DNA of 32,000 nucleotides from Candidatus Saccharimonadota bacterium (GCA_001790095.1 MGBH01000001.1:930001-962000); one strand, 5' to 3'; shown: positions 16,901-21,832, counted from the first letter of the stretch. Numbers and translations: made by a program. Notes: generated from the sequence alone by a model not told the origin.

Positions 16901-18263
16901 CGTATTAAACGCTTCACATATCGTATCTGAAAATATTTCAAGCTATTCGCTACAAGTCACAAAACTTTTTGTAAACGAAAAGATAATCAGCCCGATCGTT
17001 GAGACTACAGATCTGTCAGCCTCAGGTACTGCAACTCTTGCGACTATAAAGACCGATACCATCAAACCGCAAGAACAAAATGTCACGATAGACCTCAATA
17101 CTTCTTCAGACAAAGGTACATTTGCCAAGCTCATCGTAAACGGTATCAACAATATAACTGTTGCATCTATTGATGAAGCAGGTAACGCTACGTTTGCAGG
17201 CTCCCTGACTAGCGTATCAGTGATCAGTGATCAGCTGTCAGTAAATGATGCAACCATATCAGGAAGTCTAACTGCCAATGAGGCCAGTCTTTCGGGTAAA
17301 CTCATTGCGAAAGAGATTGTATCTGATAATATCAGCGAGCTTACGGAAAGAACCGCCGCGGTTGAGGAGCAAAGCGGGAAAACCGCGGAGGTTAATGAGG
17401 TTTTGAGCAACAGTATTAATCAGGTTCAACAGGATCTTGCGGCGATAAAAAACCTACCTCTCCCTAACCCCGCCTATTATCAAAATTTGAGTGACTACCC
17501 TGTTGCAACTGTTTCTTCACTTCTTGCTCAATCAATTCAGACAGAAGATCTTACTGCGACTGGCAATGTAAACCTTTACAAAGCCTCAATCGCTGATTCC
17601 CTCACGGCCGGAACTATTTTTATGCAGGATAACTCTATCCTCTCTCTTTCATGGGAGCTCAAACTTTCAGCTCTTGCTCAGATCACTCTTTTTGACGGAA
17701 GTGTGGTCATCGCAAAAAATGGAAACATTACTACAAAAGGAGAACTCATCGCTGAGGGAGGAGTCCGGACGGATGAAATACAATCAATCGATGGAAAAAA
17801 AGACATCGCTATCAAACTAAATTCTCAATTGTCAAATTCCAATGAAAATTCATTGAAAAATGCAAAATTGAAAATTGAAAATTCCGAAGGCATGGATGTT
17901 GCCTCAATCGATGCCTCAGGCGCAGCCCGTCTCAACAGTTTAGCCTTCACTCATATATCTACCAACTCTGCTATCATTGCTGATTCAGGAGAACGCACTG
18001 TGGATGATGAAATCATCCCGGCTATTGAAACCAATGCTGAGGTGGCAGGTACCGGAGTCCTGCCCGTGGATGCACCGGAGATTATAATATACAATAATAG
18101 TGTTACGGCAGATTCTCTCATCTATCTGACTCCGATTGGTGAAACGCCAATCAATCAGCTCACGGTTGTGAAAAAGGAGATACATGGCCGTCCATATTTC
18201 TCAGTCTCATCCGGTACTACTCTCCATCCAGAGATCAAGTTTAATTGGTTGATTATAAACTAG
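4950..18263 (+). CDS. Giant (4437 aa) N-terminally membrane-anchored surface protein with tail-fibre-like repeats and lectin-like modules
   Basis: A single uninterrupted ORF. About 90 aa form a cytoplasmic head, followed by one TM helix (YIGFAIIFVLMAMLGAGLYNQFF, ~5226-5290). By my count there are about 25 copies of the motif GNVGIGTTxPxxKLDV/KLEV, often followed by G(D/N)IGPxxDxTRDLGSxSxRW. That signature is typical of phage tail-fibre-domain proteins. The protein also contains a G/T/A-rich beta-helix-like tract (~10260-11300), a CBM-like module, a discoidin-like module and a long C-terminal stalk. Confidence 0.9.
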   Translation: MIKINTDSIFQFVKALKRKSVPKNEIKRRLLSVDRFIKWAHQKSYLADDTFKQIQDEIAKLAIGDQRLEIGNQFPITNRQSLISNYSFGIQHYIGFAIIFVLMAMLGAGLYNQFFKKTPTPFAYSTTPLQGARVISFQGRLTDSLGNPIIAPIDITYNFYTAPSGGSPIAGSTRVCTANPDQDGVFANLIGDDSGPSCSTQLPANIFTENSEVFLGVTIGSEITEMSPRQQIANVGYAMNAETLQGLPPGTTASSIPFISAQGDLLIAASTPGIRSTYTTANFVISSAQATTIQSANGGDITFNATDGGTLRFNTFNGTLNERMTITPYGNVGISNTNPRASLDVIGDASLSGNLVFNGLTSQIRQLNGGNLSFVTSPGGDLGVSTKMTLLNNGNLGIGTTVPIYKLDVAGAASIAGNLMTGGQMQLGRFVADPTAVGSGSMYFNTTNNTIYYYNGTDWTQVGSGGGGGDNVWQRVLDGVVIPKIAADALNLGNSATASATVHLAGKTGDNSFINTGNFGIGTTGPAMKLDLGTGYSTNNSTFRTGTYELQPYALNNAFLAENAYYNGSTWTRRNTGYAEGFQFFNGQTLFFNNTSGTGSFSATYPFKTDSGNSGSVALGGNINTATGNYSGSSMVVLGTGNVGIGTTSPLEKLDVRGNATVSGYLTIGQSGALRSQYGPLNLAYKSGVNSWTTGMVLKDGSGNVGIGTTNPETKLHVYTSTAIGTYRDIYAKQIIDDADARLQIRSGDTGNYGSGLILSTADKSWAMMAQASSDNNNFYIGYKSSATDEDIMAGSSKHFTINTSGNVGIGTTNPLEKLDVRGNATVSGYLTIGQSGALRSQYGPLNLAYKSGVNSWTTGMVLQDSTGNVGIGTLNPTSFKLEVAGDIGPEADNTRDLGSASRYWNTIYVNNIVGSGALGYWQIDSNVLHPANQWASVVDLAIGGTSTSSAKFQVYGSGTNAGTASSSGQLTFNNNSGTHYVNSLWNRPLSFRTSPGGDTGLTDRLYIAANGNVGVGTTNPVAKLDIKGTFSSEVGYSSYTGDGVWNANARPSKIITPNLHELRFGYSDAGGGQYYPSIGFAANSTAVNDSLLILQSRVALGTPESYNRWQVSGGGTISWGAGSGAVDTNLYRVAANILGTDDTLYVGGNIGIGTTSPLEKLDVTGNASASGYVTVGQAGALRSQYGPLNLAYKSGLNTWTTGMVLKDGTGYVGIGTINPTYLLDVSGGSGIVGRFSGRVIGGDAVASNEFVTFGQLAGGSGQYWQRSGEALSPSNIWNSINVGATATASAYVHLAGTPNENSFVNTGNFGIGTISPVAKLDVVGNASISASLSYRSGAPNYVNVLGNQPLSFRTSPGGDAGLTDRFTLLANGNIGIGTTAPATKLDIDTSSNTTGLRLRGLAETVEISDIYVGSNGTFILDNTVGTGSSGYIDLRPEDNDYGMVLRESDGTGTGSFANFYVVDAATDYMNIIVNGAQSTTGLVVNANGNVGINNTSPLEKLDVTGNASASGYVTVGQAGALRSQYGPLNLAYKSGVNSWTTGMVLQDGTGNVGIGTTNPVAKLQVYPGYTTGTYNGINVSGGTTGGTYNAFSTDAFVNSGAGTVTGLSITSRIQNAATSSNAYGINATVYKGSGSTGTTTAIYGANLRVLNSSSDVITDTYGLKIADISNSGTMSNTYGVYVGDITAGTQTNTPFSFYASDANALNYFAGNVGIGSSAPTSFKLEVAGDIGPDADGTRDIGSPSRYYDTVYANNVVGLGALGYWSRGTGVLFPSTTTDGVAATGSATTVATFTASGTNDAARLGGSANYITVSPSGDLSFTGANADAINKVSGTLNINTTNNQAITTGTGQVTLAGNVDATNGLDVTTANLTVGGANFTVVPGTGNITTAGTVSIATGQSYTGAGTVTLSSAAASSLTINSGTTGAIAIGNDASAETIGLGTGAAAKTITIGNTTGATALNQRVGTGNYTLDGVAGSTYAFGASTTTGTMTIGGTAQTGLLTLGQSSGTNIVAIGSGTGATTVQIANGATNGKTVQIATGAVANTVSMGSTTGASATTLNAGSGNLTLNATSGNVALQTTTAGNITLTPGGTGDINITADADSFVNIAGLTDSTGTSLCLDGSSNLITCAGGGTGNTLQAAYDNGNTITTTTARNIAFTLGEVATPTSLTLENQDTAGTNAQRIFNSIASGTLTNGLLVEQTGAGTMTSGINITQTAGTISSGLTFTGITNDITTGANQHLALMPNGTGNVGIGTTSPAYNLEIEDVGDAAIYLEADSAGTGSEDNNAFIKLSQDGLLVQSIFGTVGNAGYDPENVAYTNTLANATLLGTLDNNGALQFGTNDAVRMTIAATGNVGIGTTSPTLFNLQVTGNIGPTTTNNYDLGLTGTRWRTGYFGTSLDSPSLTYAGTLALSATGANIITMSTNGSERWRVASNGVLQSNGAQTIQTSTGNLTLATAAGNGHILLSPNGTGNVGVGTTTPTSFKLEVAGNIGPDSDITRNIGAYNKRIANTYTGVIDESIFTQAGENAIKNSDRYNGGPGGWGTAANYSEAVVVGPQGTEVRAITNSTPLSTAGLLTDYLPVDPKKAYLLEYWIKQDDISAGTGTNYIGREEYTSGKANNDQGTGPYTWGGQKPPAANTWYHVYGIIPPHDSGAEVSHTATNSTITPGTEYKFWSSYTAYIRVKIYLNYNQPNPSQVWVTGVALRPLSSGGVNSFFATPGDASTSGNLAFVTGKTERLTITSNGNVGIGTTAPATGAKLDVYGGPIRLGANTSANNQLNTTAGSAPSGDLYWGSRTICDDSGNCGTAGVSPDSLDYTEFLDTMTLDANLILNQTTYTWTQNFTGTTTTGYTYNANSLTSGKALSIASSATAFTGTLAQVSLTGNNAANTGTIFKASSNGALNTGTVAMITNLGAGTSFRVNDETGDADTTPFLIDAGGNVGIGTTSPVSKLLLDDVTPTITGWQSLTIRSTDALAIDKGGTIGFGGKYTSGGTYATWAGIAGLKENATDSNTSGYLSLRTRANGGNLTEQMRIASNGNVGIGTTNPSLFKLQVTGNIGPTTTNNYDLGLTGTRWRTGYFGTSLDSPSLTYAGTLALSATGANIITMSTNGSERWRVASNGVLQSNGAQTIQTSTGNLTLATAAGNGHILLSPNGTGNVGIGTTAPSNPLAVISTTTPQLRVGYDNTTNYFTSAVASNGSVTFNANGASAAFTFSDPTTISSTANPGLTVGNGTTGYLKIGGSTISDAAGNLTLDSDSGTISASDILNMGWNAITGAWIGDADSYGGGGYNNIANHNNNLIRADEKETVTMNNGCDAGSIANMFDGDPSTICQLTDAAPNEIITIDMGSYEHYWTGFEIMWTYDRGTNNVTIEKYWDPDSTGGCDTWATIYSGAATGYSTKVNAPGNYICQYRITITGTPDVANDVRIGDIRGFQYYNDQKNDLYADITGATFYGAVQVGTSTTNRDLDVYGNVGIVSSNTTGTTTSSSLGLSANSLTTGTGLYAASSTLTSGKLVDLQVSGTAAAASQTGLNILTAGANGTAGITSYGAQISNTHTGTTSTNVALYLNASGGTTANYGLIVNAGNVGIGTTAPGAKLDVYNPSGTTLALAAQVQNLNNATGQNGLLVNVARVTTDDATYGLNVQGGGTSRLYVRGDGFVGIGTTAQSANWPTDLLFINGEFTADKFNDSGSNNRYIDPNGTSRISYLEMRNDLTFIDAGNAGIGKINSNGSSVIIEGPTGGTTDLCVEDPDTGTGGECDGKIDAGTIDPPYTINGKKYATYMASMTGVKEETTDTVHIESKIAEGRYAYVIDFNNQPIGSDLWLFSKTTHLKDNLDHMSVLLTPTDDTRTWYKVDNTGDHLTLILYSSRPTQISYRLTAPRFNAENFANIRPDNAPGGFLINDPDIIGSPYTITEVGSLTDTHHIASTQPTNTSLESLRETIYQVVHNTSGEMIEEVAVFNKILIGKIQAGFVEAQNAVVTNVLNASHIVSENISSYSLQVTKLFVNEKIISPIVETTDLSASGTATLATIKTDTIKPQEQNVTIDLNTSSDKGTFAKLIVNGINNITVASIDEAGNATFAGSLTSVSVISDQLSVNDATISGSLTANEASLSGKLIAKEIVSDNISELTERTAAVEEQSGKTAEVNEVLSNSINQVQQDLAAIKNLPLPNPAYYQNLSDYPVATVSSLLAQSIQTEDLTATGNVNLYKASIADSLTAGTIFMQDNSILSLSWELKLSALAQITLFDGSVVIAKNGNITTKGELIAEGGVRTDEIQSIDGKKDIAIKLNSQLSNSNENSLKNAKLKIENSEGMDVASIDASGAARLNSLAFTHISTNSAIIADSGERTVDDEIIPAIETNAEVAGTGVLPVDAPEIIIYNNSVTADSLIYLTPIGETPINQLTVVKKEIHGRPYFSVSSGTTLHPEIKFNWLIIN
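5161..5206 (+). repeat. Degenerate heptanucleotide array (CYAATCN-type units) inside the cytoplasmic head of the giant ORF
   Basis: Units read as gtaatca(5161-5167) ... ccaatca(5172-5178) ctaatcg(5179-5185) ccaatcg(5186-5192) ctaatct(5193-5199) ctaatta(5200-5206). The region is translated as GNQFPITNRQSLISNY. Confidence 0.7.
6896..7033 (+). repeat. Cassette copy 1 (138-bp perfect direct repeat with 7391-7528)
   Basis: Compared base by base, with an offset of 495 nt (165 codons). It encodes SPLEKLDVRGNATVSGYLTIGQSGALRSQYGPLNLAYKSGVNSWTTG. Flanks diverge immediately on both sides. Confidence 0.95.
7391..7528 (+). repeat. Cassette copy 2 (138-bp perfect direct repeat with 6896-7033)
   Basis: See copy 1. 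The two are identical over 138 bp. Confidence 0.95.
8415..8512 (+). repeat. Cassette copy 3 (98-bp perfect direct repeat with 9435-9532)
   Basis: The offset is 1020 nt (340 codons). It encodes SPLEKLDVTGNASASGYVTVGQAGALRSQYGP. This is a variant of the same cassette as copies 1 and 2. Confidence 0.95.
9435..9583 (+). repeat. Cassette copy 4, mosaic: 5' part identical to copy 3, 3' part identical to copy 2
   Basis: 9435-9532 is identical to 8415-8512. 9525-9583 is identical to 7476-7534 (59 bp), whereas copy 3 differs there (ccgcttaatcttgcatacaaatcagg). The crossover falls within the shared tatggtcc. Confidence 0.9.
12051..12376 (+). repeat. 326-bp perfect direct repeat, copy A (with 14106-14431)
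   Basis: The offset is 2055 nt (685 codons). Identity was checked line by line and is supported by the identical antisense ORFs 12082..12300 and 14137..14355 in the track. It encodes LQVTGNIGPTTTNNYDLGLTGTRWRTGYFGTSLDSPSLTYAGTLALSATGANIITMSTNGSERWRVASNGVLQSNGAQTIQTSTGNLTLATAAGNGHILLSPNGTGNVG. Confidence 0.97.
12531..13075 (+). other. CBM4_9-like / jelly-roll carbohydrate-binding module within the giant protein
   Basis: The stretch ENAIKNSDRYNGGPGGWGTAANYSEAVVVGPQGTEVRAI...DPKKAYLLEYWIKQDD...NTWYHVYGIIPP...YIRVKIYLNY...VWVTGVALRP breaks the fibre-repeat pattern. It has the W / sG..v / Y.l..W.k / W..v spacing of CBM-type sandwiches. Recognition is by eye. Confidence 0.4.
14106..14431 (+). repeat. 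326-bp perfect direct repeat, copy B
   Basis: See copy A. There is one mismatch at 12050/14105 and the next at 12377/14432. Flanking sequence is clearly diverged. Confidence 0.97.
14821..15265 (+). other. F5/8 type C (discoidin/CBM32)-like module within the giant protein
   Basis: The stretch AGSIANMFDGDPSTICQL...EIITIDMGSYEHYWTGFEIMWTYDRGTNNVTIEKYW...CDTWATIYSG...YRITITG fits the a.n.fDGd..T.W...i.iDLG....i..i.i.W pattern of discoidin domains. Confidence 0.5.
17832..17883 (+). repeat. Copy of the dispersed heptamer-based module, in-frame in the giant ORF (SNSNENSLKNAKLKIEN)
   Basis: tcaaattccaatga (17832-17845) is 14/14 identical to the reverse complement of 28628-28641. aaattcattgaaaaatgcaaaattgaaaattgaaaatt (17846-17883) matches the reverse complement of 28575-28612 at 36/38. 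Confidence 0.9.
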
Positions 18264-18283
18264 TTTTACATCATTTGAGATGG

Positions 18284-18395
18284 TAGTCTGGATTCCCACC
18301 TTCGTGGGAATGACAGTACAAAGCAGGAATGATAATCAGGAATGATAATACAGAACTAATAGAAGTCATCCCTGCGTAGGCAGGGATCCAGTCTA
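18284..18395. repeat. 112-bp twin-hairpin element with 31-bp imperfect terminal inverted repeats and an internal 13-bp tandem duplication
   Basis: Hairpin 1 is ATTCCCAC(18292-18299)-cttc-GTGGGAAT(18304-18311). Hairpin 2 is ATCCCTGC(18368-18375)-gtag-GCAGGGAT(18380-18387). Arms 18284-18314 and the reverse complement of 18365-18395 match at 23/31, with compensatory stem changes. caggaatgataat occurs twice in tandem (18324-18336, 18337-18349). The motif GGAATGA(C/T)A occurs three times. Confidence 0.85.
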
Positions 18396-18411
18396 TTAAA
18401 ACATCTTTCCC

Positions 18412-18441
18412 TTGACAATTATATCGCAACTATATTACATT
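18412..18441 (+). promoter_or_regulatory. Sigma70-type promoter candidate for the second fibre gene, with a very short leader
   Basis: TTGACA lies at 18412-18417, then an 18-nt spacer, then TACATT at 18436-18441. The ATG at 18452 is 10 nt after the -10 element. No SD motif is present. Confidence 0.3.
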
Positions 18442-18451
18442 GATACTATAC

Positions 18452-21400
18452 ATGAAAAACTCCCTCAAACCTCATCAAGATTTCATGAGGTTCAAAATAT
18501 ATTCATATATGAGACATGTTGTTGTTTTACTTACCTTTTTTTTGCTTTTTGGATTTTTTACATATAAATTGATTGTCTTTGTCAAAGAAACTTATGCAGT
18601 AGTCGGAGATCTCGATATCGTCGGATCAGCCACTACCATTGAAGTACTATCAACTAAAACAGGATCACTCACCCTTGACACAACAGCATGTAAAAATCTA
18701 CAGGGCGTTCCTCGCCCCCTCTTAAAAGCCGCTAGCACCATCGGAGGAATTGACTGTGACACTTCTATAACCATAGCCGCAGCTGGAGCACTCACCGCAG
18801 GCACTTATAACGGTCAGACCATATCATCAGCTTCAAATTTGACAGGCAGTCTTACGGTTGCAAGCGGACTTACAGTATCAGCCGGCGCCATAACGCTTCC
18901 TGATAATTCCATTGCTTCTGCTGATGTGAACTTTAACTATGCAGCCGCTGCAAGCAAAGGAGGAGCGGCAACTGATTTATCTTGTACTAATTGTGTCGCG
19001 CTTACAACAGAAACCGCCGGTAATTATATCGCCACAATTACCGGTAACGGCCAAGTTGGGGTAGCGGGCTCAGGAGCAGAGAATGCTGCTGCTACACTCA
19101 GTATCGTTGCTGACTCAATTGGCGACACCCAGCTTGCCTATAACACAGGACAACACTTAACCACAACGAACGCTCCCACTTTTGCAGGAGGAACATTTAC
19201 CAGTACTGTTAATATGGCAGATACAAAGTATCTTTTTATGGGAGATGCAAGTGCTGGTAATTATTTTGGTTCAAATGGTACTTATCTAACCATGTATAAC
19301 GGTGGAGCGTCAGGTCTTTCTTTTTACGTCCAACAAAGCATACCTATTACATATATCTATTCGCCAAACATTTTTTTTGGCCTTGCAGCTGGAGGTACTT
19401 CGATACACACCCGAGGATCTACGGTCAATTTCGGTGAAACTGGCAATATAGGAGTAGAGAATTTTTATATGAGTTCAGCTGAAAGATTGAACTTTTTTTA
19501 TTCCAATGGAAGCACTGCCACTCAGGTCGGCGATATATCTGCATCTGATGCTTCTTGGTTTCGTATCAATCAAAATACGGTAAAGAATATCTTTACGCCC
19601 CAATATATTCGAGCTGATTCCGGATTGTTTGTCAAAAGTACCTCCTATGGTATAAGCTCTAATGGAATTCTGTTAAATGGTTCTTTATCTGGCACCTACT
19701 CAAACGCTCTTACTCTTAGTAGTGCTTCAAATGCATATTCAGGAGCTTCTCTTGCAGTAAGTGGTAATATAACGAGTTCTGCTGGAGATTTAACCATATC
19801 TGGTGGAAATATCTCAATTACTAATAATGCCGGTGGTGTTGATTTCAACGATGCTAATTCTTACTGGCTCCGCACCGCTACAAACCACGGCTTATACTGG
19901 GATACCACCAACAATACTTGGGAATGGCACTCTGCAGGTGTTGACAAATGGCGTGTTGACCTAAGTGGAAATACTGTTCAAGCTGGTGATCTCACTGTTT
20001 CTGGAACAGGTAATAGCTCTTTTGCTGGCAACGTCTACTTAACTGGCAATGTGGCTGTAGCTGGCATGTCTGCCATCCCTGCTACGTACAACAATACTAA
20101 TATTCTACCCAATCCCAGCTTTGAAGTGGCTACCAGCACTAACTACGACGGGTGGGCAGGTTCTGCCAGTGGCGGAACCGTCACTAGAACATCTAATGGG
20201 ATTTCCAATCACGATGGCGCCTATGGAATGGAACTGAATGTGACAACGGCAGGAACCGGCACTACCAATATTAATTCCACTCGACAACCGATTAGTCCAT
20301 CGACTACATATACGCTTTCAACCTGGGCTAAGGTTAATACTGCTTGTGGAGATGGCTTTCACCTTCGCGCCTACTGGATGAATGCAGCGGGAGCCTATAT
20401 TTCTGTCTCTGATCCTTACAGTAATTCTGGTGCCGTCACCACCTCATGGAATCTATATAAAGGAAATGTCACTTCTCCTGCCACTGCCTATAGTGTAAGA
20501 ATCTATATTTATAATAACCTGCCAACCAATGCCTGTACCCTCTATGTTGATCAGGTATCATTCAGACCAATGATTGACGCTGATGTACTCGTTAACGGCA
20601 ACGTGGGTATCGGCACAACAGTTCCAGCTGACAAACTTCATACTACAGGCTCTATAAGAGTAAATGGCGCAATAGCAAATGGACTTAAGTTCACATCCAA
20701 TGGAACCACAAGTTCAGATCATCTTCTTACCACACGAGGGGGCACAAGCTGGTTATATCTGAGAAATTGGGCAGATGACACATATAAAAACTTGGCAGTA
20801 GGTACGCTATACGGCGCAACCAGCATCACAGTGCCTGGTACATCAGATAGCTATATCATGGGAGACGTCGGTATTGGTACGACAGCTCCTGCGAATAAAC
20901 TCCATGTTAATGGTAATATAAGCCTAAGCACCAATATAAAGTTTACAGGAGGCGTTCCTACACTAGAAACTGCATTCGATGATTTTATATTTAAAATGGA
21001 TACGGATGCAACCAGTGGAAATGGTAGATTTGGCTTTTTTCAAGGAGCAACAGAAATGGTCGTGTTCAAAGGTAGCGGTAACGTCGGTATTGGTACAACA
21101 GCTCCTGCGAATAAACTCCATGTTAATGGTCAAATCAGATGGTATGGACGAAGCTACGTTGACTTTACGAATAATTACATGGATCAGGCGAGTCCTTACA
21201 TTGAAGTTAGAAATGGATTTACCGGTGGACTTTTCGGTATAACTGCATATGCTTCTTCTCTAAGGTTCAAAAAAAATATTACTCCGCTTGAGGTTGATTC
21301 GAATAAGATCTACGATCTCCGTCTTGTGTCATTTAACTGGAAGTCCCAAGAAGATGGTCAAATCAAGGCAATGGGCATGATTGCAGAGGAAGTAGACAAA

Positions 21401-21832
21401 ATACTTCCGCAAGTAGTAGCCTACGATAAAGAAGGTCCCCATCATATTGATTATGGTCTTTTGTCAGTGCTTACCATCAAAGAACTTAAAAAGCTGAATC
21501 ATGATATTGGTTTGACGAGCACGGGAGATATTCATATGATTGAAGATTCAAATGGCGGATATGATTTGAAAACCAAAGATGATACATTTTTTACCCGAAT
21601 AGGCGCTTTTGCTGAATTAGTTGCGGCGAAAATGCAGGCGGGTGTTATAGAGACCAAAAAGTTGCTCATCAACGGAGTTGATCTTATGAAAAAAATAACT
21701 GATCTTGAAAACCATAATGATGCCCTGCAGCAACAAGTGGACAAACTTAAACAGGAAAACACTGCTTTGAAAAATCAACAGACAAATCTAGAAAAACGTT
21801 TGGAAGTATTAGAGCAAAAGATAAGAAACTAA
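18452..21832 (+). CDS. N-terminally anchored tail-fibre-like protein with CBM-like module and Peptidase_S74 intramolecular-chaperone domain
   Basis: The track ORF starts at TTG 18440. I prefer ATG 18452 (MKNSLKPHQDF...). The protein has a TM anchor (VVVLLTFFLLFGFFTYKLIVFV) and three GNVGIGTTxPAxKLH motifs. It also has a CBM-like module, the S74 signature ASSLRFKKNITPL...MGMIAEEV...IDYGLLSVLTIKELKKL, and a C-terminal coiled coil (DLENHNDALQQQVDKLKQENTALKNQQTNLEKRLEVLEQK). Confidence 0.88.
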   Translation: MKNSLKPHQDFMRFKIYSYMRHVVVLLTFFLLFGFFTYKLIVFVKETYAVVGDLDIVGSATTIEVLSTKTGSLTLDTTACKNLQGVPRPLLKAASTIGGIDCDTSITIAAAGALTAGTYNGQTISSASNLTGSLTVASGLTVSAGAITLPDNSIASADVNFNYAAAASKGGAATDLSCTNCVALTTETAGNYIATITGNGQVGVAGSGAENAAATLSIVADSIGDTQLAYNTGQHLTTTNAPTFAGGTFTSTVNMADTKYLFMGDASAGNYFGSNGTYLTMYNGGASGLSFYVQQSIPITYIYSPNIFFGLAAGGTSIHTRGSTVNFGETGNIGVENFYMSSAERLNFFYSNGSTATQVGDISASDASWFRINQNTVKNIFTPQYIRADSGLFVKSTSYGISSNGILLNGSLSGTYSNALTLSSASNAYSGASLAVSGNITSSAGDLTISGGNISITNNAGGVDFNDANSYWLRTATNHGLYWDTTNNTWEWHSAGVDKWRVDLSGNTVQAGDLTVSGTGNSSFAGNVYLTGNVAVAGMSAIPATYNNTNILPNPSFEVATSTNYDGWAGSASGGTVTRTSNGISNHDGAYGMELNVTTAGTGTTNINSTRQPISPSTTYTLSTWAKVNTACGDGFHLRAYWMNAAGAYISVSDPYSNSGAVTTSWNLYKGNVTSPATAYSVRIYIYNNLPTNACTLYVDQVSFRPMIDADVLVNGNVGIGTTVPADKLHTTGSIRVNGAIANGLKFTSNGTTSSDHLLTTRGGTSWLYLRNWADDTYKNLAVGTLYGATSITVPGTSDSYIMGDVGIGTTAPANKLHVNGNISLSTNIKFTGGVPTLETAFDDFIFKMDTDATSGNGRFGFFQGATEMVVFKGSGNVGIGTTAPANKLHVNGQIRWYGRSYVDFTNNYMDQASPYIEVRNGFTGGLFGITAYASSLRFKKNITPLEVDSNKIYDLRLVSFNWKSQEDGQIKAMGMIAEEVDKILPQVVAYDKEGPHHIDYGLLSVLTIKELKKLNHDIGLTSTGDIHMIEDSNGGYDLKTKDDTFFTRIGAFAELVAAKMQAGVIETKKLLINGVDLMKKITDLENHNDALQQQVDKLKQENTALKNQQTNLEKRLEVLEQKIRN
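20098..20570 (+). other. CBM4_9-like carbohydrate-binding module
   Basis: The stretch NILPNPSFEVATSTNYDGWAGSASGGTVTRTSN..HDGAYGMELNV...STTYTLSTWAKV...TSWNLYKGNVTSPATAYSVRIYIYNN...LYVDQVSFRP matches the classic N.sFE....gW ... G..sl.v ... Y.ls.W.k ... dd.s. pattern. Confidence 0.55.
21251..21510 (+). other. Peptidase_S74 (endosialidase/tail-spike C-terminal intramolecular chaperone) domain
   Basis: A-S-S-L-R-F-K-K-N-I aligns with the family motif S-D-R-R-L-K-E-N-I. The candidate nucleophile Ser is at 21254-21256, and the Lys five residues later is at 21269-21271. The downstream pattern GMIAEEVDKILPQVV...IDYGLLSVLTIKELKKL matches the rest of the domain. Confidence 0.7.

Noticed and set aside
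18292-18311. The hairpin right after the giant gene as a Rho-independent terminator.
   Set aside because: The perfect 8-bp stem is followed by gacagtacaaagc rather than a U-tract. It is better explained as one arm of the twin-hairpin repeat element. A role in RNA processing cannot be excluded.
18440-18451. TTG at 18440 as the start of the second fibre gene, as in the ORF track.
   Set aside because: It would lie inside the predicted -10 region (18436-18441). ATG 18452 follows four codons later and fits the promoter geometry better. The difference is only four residues.
4217-21832. A prophage or integrative element, suggested by the integrase-like gene and tail-fibre-like genes.
   Set aside because: The integrase-like protein has only the core-binding domain and no catalytic domain. 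There are no capsid, portal, terminase, tape-measure, sheath or lysis genes. Both fibre proteins carry N-terminal membrane anchors, which indicates cellular surface proteins.
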